NCBI GenBank assembly: GCA_013239625.1
Contig: MU053652.1
Span: 5,819,902 to 5,883,901, forward strand
Reading direction: 5' to 3'
DNA from: Lama guanicoe
Taxonomy: Eukaryota
Length of the DNA stretch: 64,000 nt
This document shows, piece after piece, positions 26,701-40,420 of the stretch (position 1 is the stretch's first letter; each line of letters begins with the position of its first letter). Made by a program: the position numbers and the translations under genes. The notes under the pieces were generated by a model. The model worked only from the letters and a program-made list of their open reading frames with translations. It was not told where the DNA came from and did no database searches.

Positions 26701-28649
26701 AATAAACACTAGATAAACATCTGAGATTTAACTCTACATGTCAAATGTGTTATTATCTAGGAGTCGGGGTGAACAGAAACTATAGTAACTCAGGGGTGGG
26801 AGGTATTACTCAAGAAAGTCTCCATACATATGTATTTTGGATAATGAAATTTTGACTCTATAAGATGAATTTAACTATAACTTTTTTTCAGAAAAAAATG
26901 TGTTTTAGTGACTTTTCATTTATATTACCATGCTATTAATGAATTCATGCAGCCTGCTCAGAAATGAATGAAGCCTGTTTATCTTCTGGATTTCCTCATT
27001 CTCTCCACCCCTCTCTTCTTGTCTTCTTGGCAACACTGTTGACATCATAAAAGCTGTTACACATCCCACTACTGTAGCCTTTAGAAATTCTTCGATGATT
27101 ATTAGAGATTTGTATAGTACAAAATGCTCAGGAGAGAACAGAAAATTTGCAAAAATAGGCAAGCTTTTCTTTGAAAAAATTATAATCTAAATAAAGAGTA
27201 AGAGGTGCACAATGTGTCTGGAATTTTGCTGCTCTGCTTTCTTCATTTGTTGGTTTAGGTACTTAGCTGGTTGATCTCAAGGTGTGTTCAAGACAAAGGT
27301 ACATGGAAGTCTTGGCAATAATGTAGGAAGCTCAGATTTGATTTTGCAGTTCATGTTAGTCTGCAGAATGACCCTAACATCCGTGCCTCTGAGTTATAAC
27401 ACCTACTTTGGCTTCATGAGAGAGCCCTTGTTTTGGAAAAAGCCAACTTTAAAGCAGAACATCACTGTACCTGTGCAGAGTTACCTGGGTTACTTTGTAG
27501 TTATAAGGAGTGGGATAAATCCTAAGCGATTATAATCACTCCATGCAATTTATATGACAGAAATAATACTGTGCCGAGTGCCACAAAGAATAAGAAAATG
27601 TAGCTGCCTGTCTTTCAGGAGCTTTCATTTCCAAGGAGAAAAACAAACTTGCCTTTGGATTCAGATAAGAACCTTTATTATGATTTTAAGTTGAGTTTCC
27701 TCTCTTTATTTCAGAAAGGTTACATTTGAAGGTAGAAGATAGCTAGAAATGCCCCTCTGCCCTGCTTCCTGAGGGTTTGAAACCATTTTTGAATTAATAA
27801 ATGTATTCAAAAATTGAAAATTAAATCAGATTTTTTTGGTATGAATTCATCTAAAGCTAATTTCTCTATTAAGGCTACTTTAAGTCCATTCTGTTTCATA
27901 TGCTTAAATGTTCCATGATTTCCCACTACAGAAAACAGTTCCTCTCTTGTGTGAAAGAACTGGGCCTTTCCCCCAGCTTTTTATCAAATACCTCTAAGTA
28001 CTGAGTAAGATCACTATGATATGAGTACTCTTCTGACTCTTCTAAGGGTACAGAGGACGGGAAGGAGCAGGGTGGGACTGTGGACAAATCTTGGGTTGAT
28101 TCTGTGAGCCTTTTGATACTGATAGCTACCTCCTGTTAGGAATCTCTATTTTTAAAAGTTAGGACTTAGTTTGTGGTTGGAAATGTGCTTCTTAACTCTA
28201 GAAAGTATGCGTTTATTCAATACTTCCCTTGAATTATTTACTGAGGCTTTTAAACTACGTTTCTTGTCACTATAGGGATATGGTAGAGGAGTGGGCAGTG
28301 GGTCCCACCGGGTTCCCTGAGAAGCCAGCCATTATCGTCACAGATAAGGATCAAGGCTGAGCCTTCCTGGTTTGAAGAAGATGTTGGATGATGTAGGGTT
28401 TGTGCTGGGGTGATGCTTCACCTCTCATGACATTGAGCTTATGCTCAGTGAGGCCAGATGAAAAGCGGGGTCAGCCTTGGATACAGAGGTATATAGTCAG
28501 TGGCTTCCCACAGGACAGGCCTTTAGGGTGTCCAGAAGAACATCTTCTTCTTGGAGCTACTTCCTTCACCTGGTTCCTGATGAGTGAGACTTCAGGAATA
28601 GGATACAAAGTCCCCAGCCTGTCTTACATCTTTGTCTGGGTCAGATCTC

Positions 28650-28850
28650 CTTGCTATATGCCCATGGAACACTATACGCACTTCTACATAATCACTCACT
28701 TGTACATTTATGTGTGGGATTGTTTGATGTTTATCTCCTATTCAATTGTTAGAACACTGAGGATAAAGAGTGTGTCTTTGTTGCTCACCCTTGTGTCCAC
28801 TATGCTTGCCACTTAGAGGGCACTGGATGAGCAGTTGTTGAATGAATAAT
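28650..28850 (+). mobile_element. L2 3' end fragment
   Basis: tgaggataaagagtgtgtctttgttgctcacc...gttgttgaatgaata. Confidence 0.6.
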
Positions 28851-30844
28851 GACCTAAATATACTACTTGGTAGATGAGGCATTCATTAAGTTTACACTAC
28901 AATGAAAGATATTTCTCCCTAATAGAAGATGATCTCCATTTCTCTCCTGTGTCATTTCTAGTTGCTAAATTGACTTTGAAGTTGAGAGATGGGCTATGAC
29001 TCATTATGCATAAACTCTTCAACAAAGAACGTGCTCCGTTTTTCTTTTTTTAAGTCATTGGGTAAGAATGAAAATAGGCAGAGAAAAAAAGTGAAAGGCT
29101 TATTGGGCTACGATATCCATTTGTTGGTTGAAAAAGTGTTAGGCTTGTTGGTATTTTGTTTAGTTGTGAACCTTCTATGTAAATATTTCTATCTTTGATG
29201 AAGGTTTATTCAGTCAGTCTGGCTGCTCTTTTTTTTTTCTTTTCTTTGATTTACTTTATTTAATCTGCTGCTGAATGGCATCCAGCTTTTGGTCATGGAA
29301 AATGTTTTCATGTCTCTATCTTTCAAGGAAATCTTCCTAAATGGCTCAGAAATTTTGAACACAGTTTGTGTGTGTGTGTTTGTGTGTTTTGTTTTTAATT
29401 GATAGCAGCAGTAAATGGTTTATATCTTATTGTTAACCAGTTCTCATGAGGGTGATGATTTTCAAATTCTCGGGAGCTAAAAGGAAACATCACAGCTCAT
29501 TTTATTATTGTTTAGGGTCTTATGACAGATATTTGAATACCGTTATTCACCCTTGAACTTTTCTTAATAAACTACTTGTATTCCAGTCTGATTTTTATTT
29601 TTTCATTAGATAGTCATATATTTTTACAACTTTTTTTAAACATGTTTGAAGAATACCTGTCATCTTTCTATTATCTATTTCAAAACCAAATTTTTGATAC
29701 ATATCTAGCAAATGGGTGTGGAACATATCAACAATATAACTGTATTTGAGCTTTGGTGAAAGGAATTATTTCATCTCTGTGACTTGGATTCTTCAAGTTG
29801 GCTTGATTCCGGCCAAGTCCTTCTTTTATCTGAGGTTAAAGTTTTTGAATACACATTTAGCTGCTTCAGACCCACCTGAAATGCAGCCTTATAGAAATAT
29901 AGGTCCGCAATTCCTAAAATTGTATTTTTATCCTTCTTGATACATAAAACAACAGCTTTTTGTAGAGTTGGAAGAAGTTTTAGAGCTTGTTTATCCTGGA
30001 TTATTTTTTACAGATTGAAAAACTGGAAACAGTTGGAATAAGTAATTTGTCTAAAGGCCAGAGAAAGGAGCCAGGACCAGAAATCCCATATATCTCCTTA
30101 TCTTACAATACGTTGCTGTTAATGTGATCTGCTAGTCTGAGTGATTTACACATGCCTCTCTGTTTGTCCTTCCGGCATCAAAATCAAAGAAGGCCGAGTT
30201 TGTTTTATTTTCTTCTTCTACCCATTGTGTAGCTGAAGTGAGGCTCAATATTCTGTTGTACATTCAGAATCAGTCCAGCCTAAGATGAAGGGGACGTTGA
30301 ATCATCTGCCTAATCCAAACACCTAAATTGGCTGTGTAATTATTTGTCTGTGAAGCTTCTTGAGTTTTGTTGTGGTGCTTTGGATTGAGGCCAATCAGAA
30401 GTGACCCTTGAGTTCTGATTCTATCTAGTCAGTCTCTCCTTGACCAAGGAGAACTTTTGGGCATGGACGGTAGTTTATATTGTCCTGTGACTGACTCCCA
30501 TTAGAAATAGCTACCTGAGGGCAGCCTTCAGTTCTATTTTGATCTAATTGTATTATAGCCATAGCCTTTAATGTTCTCTTTGACCTCTGGAGACGGTACC
30601 TGGGCACAGAGAACTTACAAATACTATTGAGGCTCAGTAATGAGGGTACTGTTTTATATACTTAGAAATAAATGCTTTTGCTCTGTGGGATGCCTGAGTA
30701 GGAAGTTTTTATGGCCCCCAGTGTAGCCACAGCATTCAAACATCAGAAGAGTCTCTTGTTACAGTAATTCCCTTGAAACAATTGATCTCAGGAGGCTCAA
30801 ACGGTTCCCAGTGCAGACACTTGACCTTCCAAGAATAAAGCCTT

Positions 30845-30905
30845 TATCTATCTGCCTGCCTGCCTACCTATCTATCTATCTATCTATCCATCCACCCATC
30901 TATTT
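30845..30905. repeat. Compound (TATC)/(TGCC)/(CATC) tetranucleotide repeat
   Basis: tatctatctgcctgcctgcctacctatctatctatctatctatccatccacccatc. Confidence 0.9.
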
Positions 30906-31789
30906 ATTTTCACTCTCACAGCAGAGATCAATGTAGAATCTCATTTCTCTCCGGTGAATCTTTATAAACGTTCTCCTCTCGGCTTTCGAGTTCCTCTTTC
31001 TAGTTGAGTCAAATTGCCTACAGATTTGTATAGGTTATCCCTTAGTATTCTTATTTCTTATTATTTAAAATATTAAAATGTTAACATTTACAATGAGAGG
31101 GAGCTCACAAAGAGCAGAATACCCTCTTCCTGGTGTCCTTAGTGGTACAGAAATGACAGCTAGATTTTATATTTTCACTTGCCCTTTTTTTCCCTTTAAA
31201 TCAAAGAGGCTGAATTAAAGATATAAGGCAAAATAAGCAAAAAACCCAGAGCTATAAATTTCTGGGTTAATCCAAATACATAAAGCATTAAAAATGTCAG
31301 ATACAAAGCTAGATGCAAACTGACAGGGAGAAAAAAAAATCTGTTTGTGGACTGAAAGCCCCAAACCAAAAGCAAAATTAAAATTTGTGCTGACCCTTCT
31401 CCCTTGGGGCTGCAGATGTCACTGCTGTCCAGGGCACCGTCTGTTACCGAGTGGAAGGAAGAGAAATGGCATCCAAGTCACTAGTGTAAAATGAAATAGT
31501 CTGCCTGCCAAGTCCTGAAGATGTCCTGCCATAGTTTTTAAGGCAAGGGGACACAGGGTAGAGGTGAGCTACCAGAGGACCACTGACACTCAGTGATTCC
31601 TACCTTTGATGGTTCATTCTTTTATTATAAGATGATTCATAAGAGTCAATTTATTACAAGACGTATTATAAGACTAAAATATGACTTAAATTTTATTTAT
31701 TTATTATATAACTATATATTTTAAAATTTGTTGTTATATATCCACATTTATTTATTTTAAGACTAATTTTTCATTGTCAGTGACAGTAG

Positions 31790-31985
31790 TTATCATTTAT
31801 TTAGAGCTTATTGCATGAGACATTTTATAGACATTTTTCTCCTTTAATATTCGGAGTAATTCTATAAACTGAGTATTACTATCGTATTCAAGGGAAGGAA
31901 GCTGAGTCTCCGAGTAAGGCTGCTCAAAATGACACATAGCTGTGATTTCAGGGAGGTCTGTAGCTGCTCTCTCACTCCGAATGTG
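31790..31985 (-). mobile_element. MIR SINE
   Basis: atcatttattt...ggaagctgagtctccgag...aaatgacacatagctg. Confidence 0.55.
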
Positions 31986-32039
31986 AGTGATCTCAGAAAC
32001 TGGCACCTTTCAGAAGGCTTCAGCTGAGCTGGAAGTGAC

Positions 32040-32543
32040 TGGTTCTCCACTTGCCACGGCCCCATCCGTTCTCGGCTACTCTGTGTCCTCCCCGTGTCCT
32101 GGGAGGCTGACCCCTACAGCTTCTGTACAGATTCCACACCCATGACTCTCTTCCCCTCTGTCTTTATCTTGGGCTTGGCCAATAGGAAACATTAGTAAGG
32201 TAACAAAAGGCAAGAGGAGAAAGAGGTCGGGATGTTTCTCCTCCACGTCCTGTTTGACCCTGCGCTCTGGCTGTGGGGTGTCCTTTCAGCTATCATTCCC
32301 TGTCGGCTGCTCTCTTCCATGCCTCCAGCTTTAACCGGGCTCCTAATGGAAATGCAGCTTCTCCTGTCTCTTCATTCCTACCTGCAGGGTGGGATTATCT
32401 TCTCACTGGTGCTAGTCTCTAGATGCCTTGCCATCTTTGTTGTTTAACTGTCTACACTTTGGTAAGGAACCCCTTCACTAAAATCTCTTCATTTGAACCA
32501 TCCGGGATGAATTCTGTTTCCTTCTGGGACCCTGACTGATACA
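32040..32543 (+). mobile_element. ERVL solo LTR (LTR33-like)
   Basis: tgtcctgggaggctgacccctac...ttggccaatagga...ccttcactaaaatctcttca...tgtttccttctgggaccctgactgataca terminus. Confidence 0.8.
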
Positions 32544-34854
32544 GAATGGTAGTACACCCATATGAAAATATGTCAAAAATAATGTGCAAAGCAGTTTCAA
32601 AAGCTCTAAATTAGGATCACTAGCATGCCAAAAAAAGCACAGATAAGAAAAATAAGTTTATTTCATACAAGATATGGCAGAAGGGATTTTTTTTTTAACT
32701 GATGTGGAATCTGCCTCAGGGGGATATGAGAGACGAGGATGGTGAAAGGGGTAAAGACTTTCAGAGTCTGTTATACACCAGGCTTTAGAGAGCTGTAACA
32801 GGTGTTGAGCTCATTATAAAAGCTGTCTTTGTGGAAGATTTTTTCTAGCAGCCATTTGTAGGAAGAGTGGAAGTGGGAAGAAAGGTTGACTTCAGGGAGA
32901 AGAATTACAATGCTTTCAAATAAGCCTGTGGCAAAGTGACTGGAGACAGGTTTGCATAGTGGCTGCAGGTATGGAACACATGGAATGAAACATATCAAAG
33001 GAAACATCATTTCTCTGTGACTGCAGTCTTGCCCGTGTGATGCATTTGCTTTAAATTGGTATAAACCCCTCACATGTGGAAGCCCCATATACCTTGATGT
33101 AACATTAGATCAAATTGCTGAAGTTAAATTTGGCATTAAGGCAGTATTATTCGGTTGTAGGGAACCTCATTCCTGTGTCTATCTCTTGAGCTTTATGTGG
33201 AAGCACTTACAGTCCTAAGAGGCTAATTTCCGTTCAATCTATTTAGTTAACAATATTTCAGATTTTTAATTTTCTGTTTCCAGGTAATCAGACTCCTCAA
33301 CTTAAAGTCTAGGGGCATTACAGACTTGAAGGAAATTGCTTGTGCATTAAGACTACTGAAAGAGTCATCCTATAAAAGCCCATCATCGCTGAAACATTTT
33401 CCTAATTGTGTATTCCTCCCGAATGTTTATTTGAAACGTTCTCTTTTGGTGGGGAGGTAAATAAGCTGATGTGTATTGAGCTCTGTCTGCCCACTTGTTT
33501 ATGTGTTCATCTAGTGAACGTTTTAGTGAGTATGTATCAGACACATTTATGTTATACCCAAGAGGGCTTTCATTTACTATTCAGCCGGTCAACCATTTGG
33601 TCATTCAGAGTAGGGCTTGGAATGAGCCAGGCCTAGATCTAAAACTGGCCTTTGCCTTTCCTGACAGGGTTGTCTTGGGCAAATTGTGTTCGAGTCTCCT
33701 TTTTAAATTCGATAAAATAATTTTTGTAAAGAGCCTGCATCATGACTGAGAAAAGGCGCTTGAAGTTGACAAGTTTAACCCTCCTATATTTCACCCCAAA
33801 TAACCTCATATATACACAAAAACACATGAGGCTCAATGATGGATGTGAAATAAATGGAAGTATAATAATCCTAAGTGTAACTGCAGATCCAAGACAAAGC
33901 ACAACATTTTTTAAGTATATGAAACAAATTAATAGAATAAAGAAGAAAATGCAGTATAACTTTTTCTTCTGTTATTTAACTGGTATAAAATTAATTCCTT
34001 GAATATCACGTTTTGTCAACAAGTATGATAATGTATGTTGTGATATATTGCTTTGCCTTGAGAAGGAAAAAACAATTATAGCCATAAAACATTTAAGGAA
34101 ATTCTAGAAAATAAGAGTAATAGAATTAATTTTTTCAAACATTTCCCAAATGCATTTTAAATGCCTTTCCTGAAGGAGAGAGAGAAAAAAAATGCAGATA
34201 TAATTACAGATAAGACCCATGCATATTATTAGTGGACTTAAAATAATCATGCATATTCATAGCTAAACTGCTAATTGCCACTCCCAGAATTTTGTTTAAT
34301 GTAAGCAAGTTAATTTAACGGGGTTAGGGCAAAAACAATATGATGAAGATCTAAATTGGTGGCTATTTAACCAGCACTGAAAACTTGACAAAACTACTTC
34401 TCCCCTCCCATAGACATAAACAATTAAGTCTTATGATCATCTTTTTTAAAGAATAAAAAGGACAAGTAGAAAGCAGGATGCTGAGATGCAACTCTTTGAG
34501 TCTTTGTTGATTATTGATGAGTTTCGAACCCGCAGGGTGTTTGAAAGAAAGGCTGATGGAACTTGGAGGCAGAAGGCATAGGCTAAAGTCCTGTCCCTGT
34601 CACTAAAGAGCAATGTGAATTTCAGGAGGCCTCTGAACTCTCTCAGCCTCTGCGCAATGCAGATAACGTTTCCCGCAGAGCTGCCTCAGAGCTGTTGGGG
34701 AAATCATACAGAAATAAATTATGACTGTCAACAAGTTTTATGAACTGTCAATTATCTTATACGTATAAGGCTTTATTCACTAATTCACCAGTGGAGCAAT
34801 GTCTATTACTGTGAGGCATGTGGGGTGGACATTAATATGGCAAATGAGATGGAG

Positions 34855-35095
34855 GAAGCAGTGTGTCCCTGGGATTAAGGGTAGGGGCTTTGAAGTTAGA
34901 CCAACCCAGGGTGATTCAGGGCTCACCACTTTGTGACCCTGGGCAACCACCTCCCGTCTTGAAACCTTCATTTGGCTGGTCACTTCACCGCATTAAATAC
35001 CAGTTTCCTTAATGTTAATATGCTAAAATACCGCACGTTTCACAATGGAGTTTTGAAGATCTGAGAAGCTTAGCACATTAAAATTGCTCAGGGAT
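34855..35095 (+). mobile_element. MIR SINE
   Basis: ggctttgaagttagaccaacccagggtgattc...tgtgaccctgggcaacc...cagtttcct. Confidence 0.65.
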
Positions 35096-35099
35096 AGTT

Positions 35100-36000
35100 G
35101 GCAGATATCAACTCTTCAGACACTTTCATCTCTAACTGGGAAGGGAAGACATTCACACCAGTAATGACCGACCAGAGAGCGGGAGTGGTACAGAGAACTT
35201 CAGAGTTGAGAGCAGAGCTGCAACACTTTCAGTTAGAGTGAGCAGGAAAGATTTTGGAGAGAGCTAAGCGTTTAGAATGAATCTTGAAGAAAGGGTCACA
35301 TTTCAATAAGAAGAGATATGGTACGTGGAGAGCATTCCAGGTAGAGAGAATGGAATGGACTAAAGTTTAGAGGTGAGAAAGTCAAGTAGTCCAGTGGTCT
35401 AGGTTAGTGCCACCCAACAGAATTTCTGCCAAAGTGTAAATGGTCTATAAGTGTGTTGTACAATATGGTAGCCACTAGCCATATGTAGCTAGTGAGCCGT
35501 CAACATGTGGATGATGTGACTGTGAAATTTTAAATTTCATTTAATTTTAATTAATTTAAAAGCCCTATGTGAGTAGTGCTGGTCTAGACCACAGGATATA
35601 TGGAGAGGAGTTTTGTGTGATGAGACTAAAGCAGTTTGTTAGATTTGGTAGAACTTAGCTGCTAGACCAACACGTTTAGATTCCAAAATGGAACCAAACA
35701 TATTGAGAAGCAGGAGAGGCAAAATAATTATTTAGCAAAGGAGACCCAGAAGCAGCAGAGAGAGAAATAGGAAAACCAGGAAGCCAATGAGGAATGGATG
35801 TTGAAGAAAGGCTTGCCCTGCATTGTTAGTTCAGAGGCCAGCAGGTACCAAAAGCTTGTTGGATTTGACAATTCAGAGATTATTAGTGATCTTCGAAAGA
35901 AAAGATTCCACTGAGTCGTGGAGGTGAAAAGGTCACTGCAGGGATGGAGGAACGAGGTGTGTAGAATAGGTGGCAATGTGGGGGCACAGTCTTCTTTTTG
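35100..36000 (-). mobile_element. L2 fragment split by a MER3
   Basis: tgaatcttgaagaaag...agcattccaggtagagagaa before the MITE; ttggatttgacaattcagagattattagtgatct after it. Confidence 0.6.
35405..35581 (+). mobile_element. MER3 hAT-Charlie MITE with 8-bp TSD
   Basis: caatatggtagccactagccatatgtagcta core. TSD gtctaggt (35397-35404) / gtctagac (35582-35589) fits the Charlie NTCTAGAN target. Confidence 0.85.
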
Positions 36001-36304
36001 AACTAGTCTGTGTTCCTAGAGGCAAGGAATAAAATATTCCGCACCAAGTTAGTTCCAGCAAGCACTGTATAATCGCCAAGTAAGTGGAGTTTTTGAAGGC
36101 AAACTAGGTAGTTTCAAGGCCAGGTATGAAATTACAGTGGTGTAGATAAAATTTTGAAGCAATTCGACAAATAACTACTCTGAGTCATGACATTTTTAGG
36201 CCACATTGAAAACACTAGTTGAAAGAATTCAAACAATGTTGAAATCATAACCAGGCCCCTTGCTGAGTTTATATTCTGAGCTAAGGGTAGATTATTCTCA
36301 TGCC

Positions 36305-36453
36305 TTTATTTTTATTTTTATTTATTTATTTTTTTGTGGGGGGAGGAAGTAGTTAGATTTATTTATTTATTTTTAGAGGAGGTACTGGGGATTGAACCCA
36401 GGACCTTGTGCATGCTAGGCATGCGCTCTACCACTTGAGCTGTACCCTCCCCC
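36305..36453 (-). mobile_element. tRNA-derived camelid SINE (Vic-1 type)
   Basis: Reverse complement GGGGAGGGTACAGCTCAAGTGGTAGAGCGCATGCCTAGCATGCACAAGGTCCTGGGTTCAATCCCCAGTACCTCC shows A and B boxes, followed by an (AAAT)n tail. Confidence 0.85.
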
Positions 36454-36921
36454 CTTTTTGAATGATGAACGCTGTTTTTTTGTTGTTGTTGTGGTTGCTG
36501 CCTTGCACCACACAGATAGGTACCAGGTAAAGGGGTGGGAGAGTATCCCATGGATACCTCAAAGGTAGGCAACCCAAGGGCAGACATATTTTGTGCAAAG
36601 ACTTGGGTTTTCTTATCTCTTGAGATTAAACGACTACAGTAATTCTCCCTTTCCTATTCACTCTCCTGAAAATCACTTAGAACACCTAACAGACATGCAT
36701 TATCTTTTGCCTTAATTCAAACTGGTCAGTATGTATTTCCCAGGGAATTAGTTTGGGGCTATGCATTTTTGTAATTAGCATCCAAGTGATTCTTAAGGCC
36801 AGATTCTTTCGGGAAATTCTGATCTATTTCATTTATTCACCTTTTCAACAAACATAAATTGAGCATTTTCCATGTTCCAGTCACTCAGTGGGATACTGAA
36901 CACAAGCATAAGTAAGATATA

Positions 36922-37319
36922 CAGGAATCCCCTACTTCTCAAAAGTTTGCTTTATGCCGCTTCGCTTTTATGAAAGACCTTCATTAGTACCTGTATTCGC
37001 TAACTTGAAATCCGAAGAGGATTTGCAATTTTATGTGAAAAGGTGAAAAGTGAAAGTAGTGTTCAACATTAGTTTTGCAGGAAGCATTATAGAGGCAGGG
37101 CACACCCCAGCAGTGAGAGTGGCACTGCCAAGCCCCTTCCCTGAGCATCAAGATGACATAGCTTTGAACTATGTCTGTGAACATTTGTACTTTATCCAGT
37201 TTATTTTGTGCATCTCTTAGCAATGTGTGTCATAAAGTAGTTGCTTCTTCCATTTACACTGTTTTAGCTTACGAAGTGTTCATAGGAATGCTCTACTTTC
37301 CAATAGCAGGGGGAACCTA
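36922..37319. mobile_element. Tc1/mariner (Tigger-type) MITE inserted in an L2
   Basis: Imperfect TIRs caggaatcccctacttctcaaaagt / actttccaatagcagggggaaccta, with TA on both sides (36920-21, 37320-21). L2 sequence is present on both flanks (~36830-36920, ~37322-37990). Confidence 0.8.
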
Positions 37320-38679
37320 TAGCCTTTGGCTTCAAGAAATCATTCTGACTGGGGAGATGGTAAATGCCATCGGGGAATAAATGGTTTGGTGGATGTTGCA
37401 AAGGGAGCACAGAGGAGGAGTATCTCAGCCTGCGGAAGATCATGGACCTTACTTGGGGGAGATAAAACTTGAGTAGGGTGTCAAAGGAGACGTCAACCAA
37501 GTAATGGAAAGAGAAGCATCCTGTGCAGGGGAAATGTCACATTAAAAGAAAAGAGAAAGAGTATATGGGTCTGGGAATAGCACTGACTTAAACATGGCTG
37601 GAAAATCTGTTTCCCATGAGAGAGTGGCTGGTGTGGCTACAGAAGGAAGGCATCTGCCAGAGCACAAAAAGGAGTTTCTAGTTTGTCTTAAGGTGATGAG
37701 ACTTCATTAAAGGGTAATATGGGTTGATGAGATTGGAGACAAGGAGATCCATTAAAAGCTTAATATCATAATTCAGATGAGAGGCGATAGTGTCTGACCT
37801 AAGGCAATATCCATAAAGGGAGAATGGAAAAGACATTTTTGATAAATTGTTGGTGATTTATTATGCATGACACGACCAGATGATAGTTTACTTGATTCTT
37901 TTATTACGGCAGTCTTAATGAGATGGATTGGATTGCTGAGCAACTGATTGTGTAGATGGTCCACATGGTGCATTTTGACCATGATGGAGAACATGTAATT
38001 GCTTGTTCATAGCTATAGTCATTGCTTAAATTGGACTGCTATTGGACAAAGTTTCCACAATTATCCCATTGTTTCAGGGCTATACCATCTCCAAGAGGTT
38101 TTCACAGTTGTCTCTATAAATATCTCAAACTCTGTTCATTTGTGTAGGTAAAAAAGTGTATACTGTTTACTGCCTATTTAAATTCTTACTAGTATTCTGG
38201 GCCTTTAATAATTTGTCTTTGTTATTATTTTTGAGATTTTTTGACACCCACTAAAATATTTTAATATATCTTGAGTTGTCATAAAGCTAAGTTTGAAAGA
38301 TGCTGATTTATAATGATAATATCTGTGGTGACTCAGGAAAAGAGGCACTGGACATCTTAATAAACAATTTAATAGAATCCAAATAGATGACACCCAATTA
38401 CTGACAAATAGATTATAAAGAATAATAAAATACTTGGCTACTTTGAGATTTGAAGACATCTTTTACAAGTTGGAACAACCTGAAGATTCATAGAATTTGT
38501 GTAAAATGTGTGGTTGTCAATACATTTCAACACGTTGATTCTGTTGTGGAAAGCCTGTAACATGAAGTGTTTAATGGTTATGGTCAAAGTATTTCTATGT
38601 TTATGCAGTCTGCAGTCGTAGGAGGGAAGTGTATGACTCAGAAAGAACATTGGTCTAGAGAAGCTGACCGCAGCCAGGG

Positions 38680-38880
38680 AGTTTGGAGTGAAACAGACAG
38701 GATTTGGGATTCTGACTCTTCTAGGATGTGAACCTGGATGGACAGATTCACCTCCCCGAGTTTGTCTTTCCTCATGTGTAATGTGGGATAATATTGCTTT
38801 CCTTACAGGGTTGTTTTGAGGATTACATGAGATAATGCAAGTAAAACACTCAGAGTGTCTGGCTCATAGCATGTTCATGT
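38680..38880 (+). mobile_element. MIR SINE
   Basis: tttggagtgaaacagacagga...tttcctcatgtgtaatgtgggataata...cagggttgttttgaggattacatgagataatgcaagtaaa. Confidence 0.85.
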
Positions 38881-40219
38881 TGGTGAAAAAAATCAATCAA
38901 TAGTCAATCTATAAAAAGAAAGGGAAGTTTTTGAGACAAGGGGTTATATGTCAAGTGCCATATTATTGACAGTTTACACAATTCAAATATACACATACAA
39001 AGCAAGCAGTAGGTCATGGGTCATGTGACACCTTGCAAGATTAAGCAGGAGAGTTATCTTCAACAGCGTTGTGACCCTCTGTGAGATTAAGAACGTTATT
39101 TCCTAAGGAGGTCTGGTTAATTCAGATGTACAACACACACTAAAGGGAAGATAGGAGGTCCAAATGGGCAAAGAAAAAATTTATGTTTAAATTTTTCTTG
39201 TCTTGCCATAAAATATAAATTATATTTCATCACTCAGTATAAAAATGATAGCAATTACAAAAAAAATTAAGAGTCAAGATTCTAGTTGCAGCTCAGCTAC
39301 AAATCCATGATTATCTTTGACAAGTCATGTTTTCTTTCAGGGCCTGAGGCTCCTTATCAGTAAAAGGAAGCAGGTGGATTGGATGAGTTCTAAATTTGAT
39401 GATCAGAGTTGGGATTTGATGACCAATATGAGCTACGTCTGAATTTTTGTCGTCAGAAAATGTATCGTTTAAAAAGTTGCAATTTACCCTGAGTCATGCA
39501 CCCCTGCATGGGCACTGAGAATATATTTAATCTAGGCAGATTTAGAAGCTTCGGGATGACACGTTGATTTTGAAAGCATGCTAGATATTCAGGGGAAGAA
39601 CTCCATGAGGTAGTTAGAGATCAAACTCAAAGAAAAGGGTAGAACTCTAAAAAACATGGGAATTTAACAACGCAAATGATACTGAAGGAATGAAAGTGAC
39701 TGACAATTCCTTAGACACAAACCAAAAAAAAATATGCCGGCAAATTTCACATTTTTATTTATTTAGTCATTTATTTTCAAATATTCATAATAGGGGTAAC
39801 TTGGTAACTCATTAAGAAATCAATGCTCAACTAAAACTGCTTATTATCAATTGCAAAAGTTTTACAAAATACAGACTTAGAAGGAATATAAAGTTTTGAA
39901 AACAATTTGAATTTTTACGTATTTTTGTTATGATAGTTAGCAAATGTTTGACCTATTTGGAATAAATGAGGCCAGTTATATTTTGAGAGATTGTTGAATT
40001 TTGTATGTGTCTTAGCCAGATAGGTTGCTGCCAGGTTGAGAGCCTGGATGTAGGTAGTATATTGCTCATGACAAAGACAACTTTGGAAAACTTTGAGATC
40101 AGAAACAGAGAGATTCACAGTTTTGGCTTATTTACCCTCAGTTACATCTAGTTAACATGCATTAATGCTGTTTCTCTGCTTATACTCCATATGTGTGTCC
40201 AGTTGGAGAGGCTGAGGAT

Positions 40220-40420
40220 AGAACATGGTAGCTGGGCATTTGACTCTCGAGCTGGACTTCCTAGGTTCAAGTCCTAGCTCTGTGACGTTGGGAAAGTGAT
40301 TTCACTCTCTTAGTGTTAGTTTCCCCACATGGGGTGTAGGGATAATAAGACCTGCCTTATAAGGCTCTGTGAGAGTGAAATTAAATAATACACAAAACAC
40401 TTAGGCTAATACCTTAATAT
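40220..40420 (+). mobile_element. MIR SINE
   Basis: cctaggttcaagtcctagctctgtgacgttgggaaagtgattt...gggataataagacctgccttata. Confidence 0.8.

Noticed and set aside
36375..36453. tRNA gene
   Set aside because: The tRNA-like head is followed by a SINE-type A-rich tail, so it is a retroposed SINE rather than a tRNA gene.
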